Shown piece by piece: positions 53,301-64,000 of a stretch of 64,000 nt of DNA (its first letter is position 1; each line of letters opens with the position of its first letter). Under the pieces are notes generated by a model, which was not told the origin of the DNA, did not search any database, and saw only the letters and a program-made list of their open reading frames with translations. Made by a program: the position numbers and the translations under genes. Origin of the DNA: Balanoglossus misakiensis (lineage: Eukaryota > Animalia > Hemichordata); the NCBI GenBank assembly GCA_040954595.2, contig CM082587.2:402617-466616 (forward strand), given 5' to 3'.

Positions 53301-56300
53301 GTATTCCATACATTAGTTGTCATGTTAAATACAACTCATGAAGCATAACACCAACCAGGGCAGTAGAGCTCCTAGTTTGACGTTGGATCTGAATTTGCAA
53401 CCTGACCACAATTCTGCATATTTATATCCTGATTAAGTACTTGTCATGACTGATTGGTCGGTTGTTTATCCAACACACCAGCTGTCACTCTTTAAATTTA
53501 TTGTAATCTATTGTGTTTCTATATTAGGCATTCCCCACATGTATATATGGCCTTGTTTTGGCCAAATGTGTTTGGGAGGCTATGACCTATACTTTCTAAG
53601 GTCATCTGAGATATTGAATATTCTTCTGTGAAAATAGTTCCTATTTTTATAAGGGGAATAACAGTATTCGTTAATTAATAAAGGCAGCATTGTATGCCTT
53701 CTGTACATGTACATGTACCTACATTGCAGGGCTATCTATACGCACTGTACTGTCTCAGTACATGTATTTGTGGACCGACATACTTTCCCCACACCCACAA
53801 ATTGTCTGAATAGAAGGTATTTCAGATGACATTGTGTACATGACAACAACCAATTCTATTTTATTGCAAAGTAACGTTTATTGTGCGCAGTGATTGTGTG
53901 CGTTGATCTAGTTTAGCCATTCCATCTACTCATCAAGGAACCTGTGGGATTTTCTCTTCTGTCCACTGTGATTTCAATGTCTCGTTAAAATTCTCAAGCT
54001 ATGCAAATCACATGATAACTGCTAGCAGAGGTATTCAGCATGGCTTCGGGCAGGTAAACATCTTGTGGCTCAGGTCTTCAAGGACATGAGATCGACCAAA
54101 GTTTATTCTGTCGTTGGACATCGTCCGACTTTCTCACTGCGAAAAATCTTGTCAAGGTGTGAAACCTGGAGAAAGGCAGAGGACGATCTCCCATGCAACA
54201 ACGGGCATTGTTTCCCAGCAAGTAAGCAGGTGGTGTTTACTTGAGTATCTGTTGTGGTATTCTGGTTGTTGTTTTTGTTCCATGGCATGACATAAGGGGG
54301 CTACCTGTAGGCACATATATGTGAGGCAAGTGATTCACTCTCTGAAGACGCAGTTATTAAGGAACAACATGAGAACTCTGACTTGAATGACTTTGTGTTG
54401 TTCACTTTGTAAAGCTAGGAATGGATTCTATCACAGACCAGGACAATACAAGTCTCTGTGATGTTATTTACCAGTTCCTTGCCCTAGATTCTGCCCTTGT
54501 TAATGAAAAGTTTCTTGTGAAAGAATCTTGTATGAGACTATTGAATGAGGGTTGGATTACTTTTATTCAAAGTTGGTGAAGTAGATGACCCAGAAATTTC
54601 AAGGTTGTGCGGATTTTGGATACCTCATGGATAAGATGAGGTACATGTAATGAGAACTCTTCAAAACATTAATATATTTCAAATTATTTTCTATCTGAAT
54701 AAGGTCTGGATATGCTTCGGTAAGCAGTGCCTCTCGAAAAGAAGCCTTGAGACTTTTACAGAAAAAGAGAGAGTCTTTAGGAGGAGGGGGCTTGCCAAAT
54801 GGACATGCTGCCACCCCCAGGCAAAATGGCCCCCTCAAAGCTGACCATAACATTCAACCAATCAAAAGGGAAAGGTAAGAATTGTGTGTCTTTCTGTTTA
54901 GTATACATGTATTTGTTCCTTGAGTTGGTCACACATAGAGCTAAATGCTTTCAGATGTGTTTCTTTGAACAATGTTCATGTGTGTTTCAGGTCATCATAT
55001 CATGGGAGTTCATCACCACAAGACCCGTACAGCACCCAAGGAGCCAGACCAAAGAAAATTGTTTCACCATCTGGTCCACCCCCAGACTATGGAATAATTG
55101 CACAGGAATTCCTACAAGACACTCCAATCAGAAGTGAGGATACTAACAGTTACCATGACAGTTACGGTCACCCAGGCAACAGAAGAAGGCAACATCAAAG
55201 ATATGATGAGGAAAGACAAGGGTCGAAATCAAGGACTTCAGTTCGGGATGATGAGTCCCGGAATCTGACAAGGAGTCCAAGTAAATGTTCTGAAAAGAGC
55301 GTGAGGTCAAACGGGTCGAGTCGATCTGTCAGATTTGAAGATGAAAAGAGGAACTCACAGAAACACAGAAAGTCCAAAACTAGGACTTCTTACAATGACC
55401 CAGATGATGCTGTGTTTGAGGAATCTGACCAACCTCAGAGGACTTCAAGGTCTGGTCAATCTCAATCCTCCAGACCTTCCAGTAGGAATTCTTTTGAAAA
55501 TCCCTACACTGATATGGAATTAAATCACCAGGAAAAATCCAAGAGGAAAAGCTCCGGAAGAAAGAAACTTTTTGAAAGCAATGGAGACAATGGTGTGGAT
55601 TTGAGAGATTCATTTTCTGATGTTGACTATGAAAGCTATAATCATTCCAGAACTTCACTTAGACAGGATGAGAATCCATATGAAGAATTACCCAAACAAA
55701 GTCACTCCAGGAGAAAAAGTGACAGAGTCCAGAACTCCCATCAAGATTTGGGATTTGCAAATCCTCATGTGGATAGAACAATGTTAGAGGATGAGTCACT
55801 GTATGCTGAGGTGACATCGAATCACTCTCCTGATCGGACAAGAGGGAGAAAGTCGAATGGCACACCCTCTCCAGAACATCATCCATCTGTTGCCAGGAAA
55901 CCACCGTCTGGAAGACCGCCTCCAAGAGCAAGAAGTGCTTCAGGTAGAAATTTCATATTTACAAGAAAAATAGATGAGGGATGGATAAATTTTATGTTTT
56001 ATGTGACTACAAGAGTTTTCATAAACTGTGTTTTGACCTTGTCCTGATATCAAATATTGTCGTTGCAACATATGTCAATCCCTCCAGTGTAACATGTTGA
56101 GATTTTAGAACTTTCGGTGTGGTTTCTCTGGAAGGGAGTCTTTCACTTTAATAATGAAATGTGACTGAATGATTTCTTCCTGTAGAGCCTCCGAGCCAGT
56201 ATTCCTCCCCAGCCTATGCAAGAGGTGACCAGCCACAAAAGAAGAGATTAGGCCAGCCACTTCACCCTCCTCCCCCTCCTCCTCCACAACAGAAAAACAG

Positions 56301-57738
56301 ACCCCCAGCAGATCATCTGGATTCTGTGTCACTCAGCAGTAACCCATGCATAGTTAATGAGTATGATGATAGTATTTCAGAAATTGACTATGATCAGCGT
56401 ATACCTCCCCCTAGAGGCTATATAAGGTGAGTTTGAAACGTTTCTATATGCAGCTGTGAATGGTGATAATTTATGACTTTGTGAATGCTATCTTGGTGAA
56501 AATAGAATGGCACCCTCAAGTGGTAAATGGTTTGGTTTATTGTTTCCACCAGTGATCTGGAGAGATATTCTGAGATGAGTGGATCCAGAACATCGATCAA
56601 CTCAAGGTCATCAGTCACCGATAAAATTCAAAGTTTTGGGAAAGCTGCAAAGAAGAAATTCCATTCCCTCAGACGAGCTGTGAGTTTGGACAGACTGGAC
56701 AGAAGTGGTGGATCAGATATTTATGAAACACCAAAGGTAAAAGGTCATCTCAAACCAAATTCAACATGAAACATGAAAATGTTCGTTTCAGTTTGTTTAC
56801 AATTTACTTTTGTTTCCAGGAGATTTGAAGAACATTCTACATTGTAGTTACAAAAAAGATATGGTGTTATTCATTTCATCCATGTCTAATTTTGTGTCGT
56901 CATCTTCTCCTCCAGATGAAGAAGTCACCATCGTTACGATCACTTTCCAGTATTTTAGGTCGTAAAAAAGAAAGTGACTATGATTCCTTCTACCACCAGG
57001 AGAGACTTAAACAGGACAGAAAAGTGCAGTAAGTTAAAGTTAATACATTTTGCTGATAGTGTCATCAAAACTCCATGTCTCTGTCCTTTACAAAGGAAAA
57101 CATGTTTACAAAGCAAAACATGCAGGCTGTAAAATATGAAGATTTTCCCTCTTTCTGTTACCTAGGAGACCAGGCAGTGCTAGAAGCGACAGATCTATAG
57201 CATCCAGGAAGAGTTTATCATCTGTGACATCACCAAATTATTTCCGTAAAGTTGGAAGGGTGTTGAAGAGTAACTTAGATGGCACGGTTGTTATTGAACT
57301 CATAAGACCGCCGAGTGGACCTTTTGGATTTTACATTGCTAGGGGAAATGAGAAATTTGGCAGAGGTAAGCTTTATAGAATTTTCTCAGCAAATAATTTG
57401 ATCCAGGGATGAAAAGGACAAGAAAAATCATGCACTGTTTGGAGTGACTTCTTTCAGTTATAGTAACAGCGCCACCATATGCCTAACTGGTGGATTACTT
57501 TGTTAGCATTACTGACATTCTTTTACTTTGTGTCTTTAAAGGCATATTTATATCCAGAATGAGTGACGGCTATCCTGAAAAGATGTATGCAGGACTGATG
57601 GGAATTGGAGATGAAATCCTGGAAATCAATCAGGAGTCAGTGCGGAATAGATCCATGGATGAAGTGTATGACATGATGGCAGATCATGATAAACTGGTTC
57701 TTAAAATTGTTCCACTTCTAGCCAGGAAGGATTGGTGA
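47340..57738 (+). CDS. Long low-complexity scaffold protein with a single C-terminal PDZ domain, KIAA1614-like
   Basis: In-frame exons 47340-47663, 49391-50174, 51197-51296, 54704-54874, 54991-55943, 56186-56426, 56553-56736, 56916-57028, 57166-57365 and 57542-57738. C-terminal PDZ: VGRVLKSNLDGTVVIELIRPPSGPFGFYIARG...GIFISRMSD...YAGLMGIGDEILEIN, preceded by KKSPSLRSL. Confidence 0.75.
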
Positions 57739-60084
57739 TATTAGCATTCTAGTAAAATTCCCCTGTGGTTGTTATCTTGCCATCAACCAATAAGTTATGC
57801 CAGAAAAATCAAAATAATGCATCAGCAATTTAGATTATTCACAAATTTTCTGCTTCTGAAAAGACGAAAATATATAAATTTTAAATGGATGGAGATTTTT
57901 TCTAAAATATGTATAAATGTTGGGATGTATCTATTTGTAGTTTCTATCCCGATGAGATAGACACATTACCAGGGAAATTGGTAATGACCAACATTGCCTA
58001 AAATCAAAATAATCTTCAAAGATTACAATTATTGTTTGGGGTGAAGTCAAATACCCAGGTTTGCAATATGAGGGCGCTGGACATCAAAATTCAAACATAA
58101 AGACAAAAATAAAACTGCAGAGTGTGCTGAAATATCAAATTCAACAATGGGTATATGAACCCAAAAATTGTTTTAATATTTCTTTAAGCCTGAATCCCAC
58201 CTTGATATATAATTGAATTTTGTATCATTTGACTTGAAATATTTTTTTTGTAGTTTATTAGAAATGTTATTTATTGAAGATGTCGTACATATGTGATATT
58301 TCAGGGTATATTTTCTCTGCAGTCTTGTCCTGCCACTTGCTGTTTGTATTTTAAATTTCAAAGCCGTCCTGTACACCTTGAGACCTGTATTCATGCAGAA
58401 ATCATAATATCGGAAGAGAGATGAAGAAACCAAAAATGGTCATAATATATTTCAGAAATTGTCCTATTCATGGTTCTCATCACTGAAGATGGCTTGGTGG
58501 TTGAAGATATTAACCTGGATTTTTATGGTTAATAATGGTGAATATCTTCCAACCAATCAACAACCATCTTATTTTTTGCAAACTTCATATATCAATGCAA
58601 TATTTTGGCAGCTTGCTTTTCTACTTGGTTTAAACACTTCACAATTTTAGCTGAGATTTATGATAAACATTATTTTAAAAACAAATCCCTGTTCTTATAC
58701 AACCTAGAAGTCTTACTGCTGGCATTATAGCTCTTTTTTGGTGTGACATACATTGACAATTCATTATTTTTATTTTAAGAAAACCAACAACAAACAACTC
58801 AGTTTTATGTTTGATTTGTAAATGCTACATAGATTAAGTTGTTATGAAGTGATAACATATTAATAGATTCACCTTGTATGTAGGGGAATACAGTAATTGA
58901 TGCTGACATCGTCAGAGCAACCTGATACATAGCATGGAAATGAAATTGTGTGATTTTATAAATGATGCTGTTCATAGTAACATTAGGATAACCTTTAGCC
59001 ATGAACAATAATGAATTTGTACTGACTAACAAAGCAATTAATTGGGAGGGAGAGCTTTTAAAAATATTTGTATAAAATTACTAATATATATCAAATTATG
59101 TGAATGGATTGATTTAGCCTATCAACAACATGTGTACATGCTTTTAATTAAAGTGACTTTTTTGACAAGATTTAAGCTAGGCTGGAGCTTGTTTTATGCT
59201 GACTGATATTTTGTTTATCTTTTGTATCAATGGCAGCGCTTTAGTCCAGACTTGCCACACATATAGCTTTTTGTACATGCACCTTTACTGTCCATAGGGT
59301 ATATATATTCTTTTACTTTATGATTTTTCTAGTTTATCTTGTTCCAATGCCAGATTGTGTCTTTTTTATTTGTATATATAAGTCTTTTATGTGCTATTTA
59401 TAACTGATAATGGATATTGTAACTGACACAACACATTAAAATGAGAAACTATTCGAAAAATATACACTGTACATGTTGTGTTTTAATTTTGTTGCTGGAC
59501 TGTTTTTGATGGAATTTGATGAAAAGGTATGTGCAAACCCACAACCTGTTACTGTTACAAAAGCAAGATATAGAAGTTGTCAAAGTTACACCTCTAAAAC
59601 TGTTTAGTTTATAGCAAATAAATGTGTACAGTGAGTGTCGTGGCTAAAACTGATTGCCAGGCGACCAATCTACTATACTCAGCCACTGGTGGCGCTCTGC
59701 AACAGCCATTTTTCTTTGAGGTCAGAATTCTTTTTCATCATAAATAGGACTACGAACAACTAATGAGATCTGGAAAAGTTCCAGGGCGGCAGTCGCCGTG
59801 ATTCTTACAGTGTTCCGTGAACAGTACACGTACTTCGACGAAGTAGTGACCAGACACATGGACCAGACAAGATTTGATGTGACGCCGGGTGAGGGCGGTG
59901 TTTGGTGACCTTTGCCCCACGACCTTTCCCTTTTTGCAGCCCAAGCGACTGCGAGACATCTTAATAATAGGTGAATTAGTGAAACAGAGTCCCTTTGAAC
60001 GCATTAAGCCAAGTTTGGAGACGGTTTTCGTCCACAATAAAGTTAATGTTATATAGATATGGTCCTTGTTTATAAAACCGTCAC

Positions 60085-60120
60085 GGGGTGGGGTGGGGTG
60101 GGGTGGGGTGTGGGTGGGGG
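60085..60120 (+). repeat. (GGGGT)n G-rich tract with G-quadruplex potential
   Basis: ggggtggggtggggtggggtggggtgtgggtggggg upstream of the carboxylesterase ATG, probably in a 5'-UTR intron (acceptor tttacag at about 60324). Confidence 0.75.
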
Positions 60121-60360
60121 CAAAAGGTCTATGGTAAATGTTGATGAGATAAGAGTACATGTATACCACCTGGTCATGTCAAAGTTGACCCAAATGACAA
60201 TCTACAAAATTGTTTTAAGTTTTTCGCCCACAGAGATTTCATTGATGTGAGACATTTAGCTTTTTATGGATATGATATTTCTAACACTTCCAATCACAAA
60301 TCATTTGTTTCTATCTATTTACAGTTAAGTCTGAATTGCACACACACCCGCTGATAAGCC

Positions 60361-62366
60361 ATGCTTGGAAGACTTCTCGTCATATTCGTATTCTTAAACT
60401 TTTGCTCCGCAAATGAGCAGCCTATTGTGAACACTAACCATGGAACAATTCGAGGGAGAAGGTTTCAGGTTCTTGGGAATGATGTAGATGTCTTCTTGTC
60501 TATTCCATATGCAAAGCCACCTGTGGGAGAGTTGCGTTTTCGAGCACCAGAGCCAGCAGATTCATGGACTGAAACTCTAGATGCTACCGAGTTCACAGCT
60601 TCCTGTATTCAGAAAGAGGATGAAGGCGATATACTACATCTGCCGGAGAGAGAGGATTGTTTAATACTCAATGTGTGGGTCCCACATCCGTGTCCTCAGT
60701 CGGCAACTGTGATGGTTTGGATACATGGTGGTGGATTTACCTGGGGAAGGACGGATGATCCAGATTATAATGGGTCAATGGTTGCTGCAACACAGAAGGT
60801 CATAGTGGTGTCCATGAACTATCGTCTTGGGGTCTTTGGTTTCCTTGCTTTGGACACACCTGATGCGCCTGGCAACATGGGTCTGTTGGATCAGCAACTG
60901 GCCATGAAATGGGTGCATGAAAACATCCATGCCTTTGGTGGGGATCCAGGGAAAGTGACCATCTTTGGACAGAGTGCTGGAGGTGCATCGGTCGGCTTTC
61001 ATCTGTTTTCTCCTGGTAGCCAAGCTCTCTACCAGAGAGCTATAGTTCAAAGCGGCTATGTGATGAATCCTAAACGAGCTTTCATCAGTAAGGAAATGGC
61101 AATGGAAAGGGGATTTGATTTGGCTAGGCAAGTCGGTTGCTTAAATGACAGTGATGTTGGCATCCCAAATGTTTCTCGGATTCTGAAATGTCTGAAGGCG
61201 AAACCAGCAGAAGACCTCATCACAGATCACAAACCTTTCACACTTTTCAGAACACCATTTCCACCTGTTATTGATGGCACCTTCATTACAGAAACTCCTG
61301 AAGTTTTGGCCAAGAAACGAGCATTCAAGAAAACAAGTCTTCTCATGGGAAATGTTAAACATGAGAGCACTGAAATGACTTTCAATATCAGTTTACCAGG
61401 TGTGTCACCTGATAACAATTTTGAAATGGATTATGATGTGTTCCAAGACGCTGTACAATATCTATATTCTGCTTACGATGACCCACTGTCTATTGTTGAA
61501 CACTATGCCAAGTTTTCAGCACTTGCTGGTGGATCCCAGTTTAGAGATATCTTGATTGATATGAACAGTGACTATGGATACAGATGTCCTTCTTTGGATT
61601 TGGCCAAATTGTTCACAGACGCTGGCCAGAATGTCTACTACTTTGAATTTGATCACCGCCCATCCAGGAGCAATCTGCCTGAGTGGATGGGCGTTGTACA
61701 TTCTGCTGAGCTTCACTTTGTGTTTGGTCAAGCGTTGGTCTGGGATGGTTTCACTGAAGAGGAGAAGCAATTAAGTCGGAAGATCATGAACTTCTGGGCA
61801 AATTTCGCCAAAACGGGGTAAGTTCAAGGTGAAGAGTTTGTGATACAAGAACAGACTGCAGAATGATCTGAATTCTGATCTTACAATTTCAAATACAAAT
61901 ACAAATGTATATACAGCTACTGCCTTTCTAAGAATTTTCTGATATATGTCTGTTTTGGCAGAAATCCTAATAAGGGACATGAAAATGAGATTGACGACAA
62001 TAAATGGACAGCCTACGGCCAAAATAAAGAATATTTTGTCCTCAACGGAAAAACTGCAGATAATCCACTAATGCTGAAAGGTCTGCGAACACACTACTGC
62101 AAAATCTGGAAAACTCTTAATGCTGTTCAACTAAAGGAAGAGGTACGAGTATTTATATTTCAATCTCTTTCTGATTTATTCTCTAAACATTCTATCCTTC
62201 GCTTGATTGCTATTTGAGAGCCCAAAGGTTTCATCATGTTAGAATCTTTGCAGGACTTTGACCTTTAGGTTTTTATCATAAAAGTAATCTGACTAGATTT
62301 TTTATGTTCATTCTTGTTTTTGTTTTGCAGGATATAAGTAACACGATAACAAAAGATGAGCTGTGA
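60361..62366 (+). CDS. Cholinesterase-like type-B carboxylesterase with C-terminal KDEL, 3 coding exons
   Basis: Exons 60361-61817, 61962-62142 and 62331-62366. Signal peptide, IPYAKPPVGELRF, EDCLILNVW, WIHGGGF, NYRLG, GQSAGG (catalytic Ser), KHES (Glu), GVVHSAEL (His), FWANFAKTGNPN. Ends ...TITKDEL*. Confidence 0.92.
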
Positions 62367-63013
62367 AATTATGAGCACCTGGAGTTGAAAACACATCTGG
62401 CATACAAAGACTTAAATAGACCCCGGATGTCGTCGCCACCCACACAGAATGAAAACATTAACTATACGGAGTGGACCTGATGAGCAATACTTCTCATAAA
62501 AAGCCTGAAATTTTAATACGGCCTCTTCAAACATTTTCATTTCTGCATAAATACGTGTATATACATATTAAAAATAATTAATATGTTGCTTCCATTTGAC
62601 AGCACGATTTGTACTCTTTATTTTCCACGGAGATTCGTGTCCAAAAAATACTTTAATGAGATCTTTGCCTGGGGCAAGGCGGGGCTTCGTTTCTGTCGTT
62701 GTGCCTCTCATATTGTTTGTGCGACTGAATCTTCTAGAAATTCTGTCCACATACTACCACGATAATTAGTGGACAGCTACAGATCCGAAGCCTGCGAAAT
62801 GACGTATATGATGAAAATATCAATGTTTTTTTCATTACCTAACCCATCCAACCTCGGTTGCTTAGATACTTGGTTGCGAAGTGGAGATCTATATCAGAGT
62901 TTCATAACCACTTCTCTATTTGGTAGCCAACGATCAGTTTCACACAGATCCTTTTCGATCCTGCCAAATTGTCTTTCGGAACGCAGGTATATTCTGCGCG
63001 AACCAGTGGCAAT

Positions 63014-64000
63014 ATGTCGCGTCCCACGGCGGACACGGCTCCACATTCCGGCTACCGAGATATAGAAGCAAACGGTCGGCGCCGTGTCGATAATTCCAAA
63101 TCTTCTTTCGGTTCGCTATCGCAAGTTGACGAGGCGGTGCGAAATCTGCTGCTCCACCCAAATGACATCGGTAGGTGCAAAGAAAACCCGCTCACCCACA
63201 AGGGAAAGCGAATACAGTTGGCGAAAATGTTGCTTTTGATGTTGGTACCGGTTTTGTCCCTAGCTGTTTTAGCTGTTCTTGATTTACACGGTATCGCTTA
63301 CGGTAACAGCGTTGACATCCAAGTTAGAAACGTCATCCGTTTCAGCCGAGACATCGGCGTTCTTCTGAGTCGACTGCAACGTGAACGAGATATGACGGCT
63401 TTGTACATCAGCGTCATCGGACCCGAGAACAAAGCTTATCTGACGGAGACCTACCCGCTAACGGACAGCGCTCTAGAAGAATTGCAAGAATGGCCTGTGA
63501 ACACTCACATTCTTCGAGCCTTGCCATTCTTTCGAAAGAAAGAAGATTTCCGTCGCCATTTAGCCATCCATCGCTCCGATATTGATAAGTCCAACACGAC
63601 GGTGTACGACGAAATCAATTTCTACACCGATGCCATCCAGATTTTCATCGATTGGCTCTATGAAAGCGTCGGCAATTCCAAAGGTACGGGTCTGTGGCAG
63701 ACTCTGGTCGCCTACCAATTTCTTATCGTCAGTAATGTCGACACGGGCATCGAGCGGACACTAGGATCCGTCTTTTTTTCTCGTGGTGGGTTTGATCGAT
63801 ATGATGATTATATATGGTACTTGGAAAACTACAACGTCGGTCGAACAAACTTCAGGGCGTCCAAAAAGTATTCTCCCTTGATCGAGAACCTTTACAACGA
63901 AGCTGTCAAGAACCTGCAAGAAAATTTCACTCATACTATTGATGATATGCGTCTTATGGTTTTGAACAACGAAGGACGCCAGCCAGATTTTGAAGACGCG
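63014..64000 (+). CDS. Transmembrane NIT (nitrate/nitrite-sensing) domain protein, probable NIT guanylyl cyclase, truncated by the window edge
   Basis: Open frame from ATG 63014 to the end (329 codons, no stop, so absent from the ORF track). One TM segment (MLLLMLVPVLSLAVLAVL), then NIT motifs LLSRLQRERDMTALYIS, YPLTDSAL, INFYTDAI, LWQTLVAYQFL and GIERTLGSVFFSRGGF. Confidence 0.8.
   Translation, partial: MSRPTADTAPHSGYRDIEANGRRRVDNSKSSFGSLSQVDEAVRNLLLHPNDIGRCKENPLTHKGKRIQLAKMLLLMLVPVLSLAVLAVLDLHGIAYGNSVDIQVRNVIRFSRDIGVLLSRLQRERDMTALYISVIGPENKAYLTETYPLTDSALEELQEWPVNTHILRALPFFRKKEDFRRHLAIHRSDIDKSNTTVYDEINFYTDAIQIFIDWLYESVGNSKGTGLWQTLVAYQFLIVSNVDTGIERTLGSVFFSRGGFDRYDDYIWYLENYNVGRTNFRASKKYSPLIENLYNEAVKNLQENFTHTIDDMRLMVLNNEGRQPDFEDA

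Noticed and set aside
60361-62366. Calling the esterase acetylcholinesterase (ACHE)
   Set aside because: It lacks the Trp84 equivalent, has GQSAG instead of GESAG and ends in KDEL.

Overview
This is AT-rich, intron-containing eukaryotic DNA from a marine invertebrate, most likely an ambulacrarian deuterostome such as a hemichordate or echinoderm (inferred from gene content, not proven). I built the gene models by hand from GT-AG splice sites and reading-frame continuity. In order, the window holds: the 3' end of a Cys-rich gene; a spinster-like MFS transporter (-); glomulin (+); a second paralogous MFS transporter (-); three tandem ependymin-related (EPDR) genes (+); an NR2E6/PNR-like nuclear receptor (+); TMEM141 (-); procollagen galactosyltransferase (-), head-to-head with a KIAA1614-like PDZ protein (+); a KDEL-terminated cholinesterase-like carboxylesterase (+); and, at the right edge, an ORF missing from the supplied track that encodes a transmembrane NIT (nitrate/nitrite-sensing) domain protein, probably a NIT guanylyl cyclase. 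Non-coding features include a TTAA-flanked Kolobok-like MITE, a double-inverted-repeat element, a perfect DR4 nuclear-receptor element, conserved GC-AG introns in two EPDR paralogues, and several candidate alternative first micro-exons. There is no CRISPR, rRNA or tRNA. Family calls come from recalled motifs; no database searches were run.
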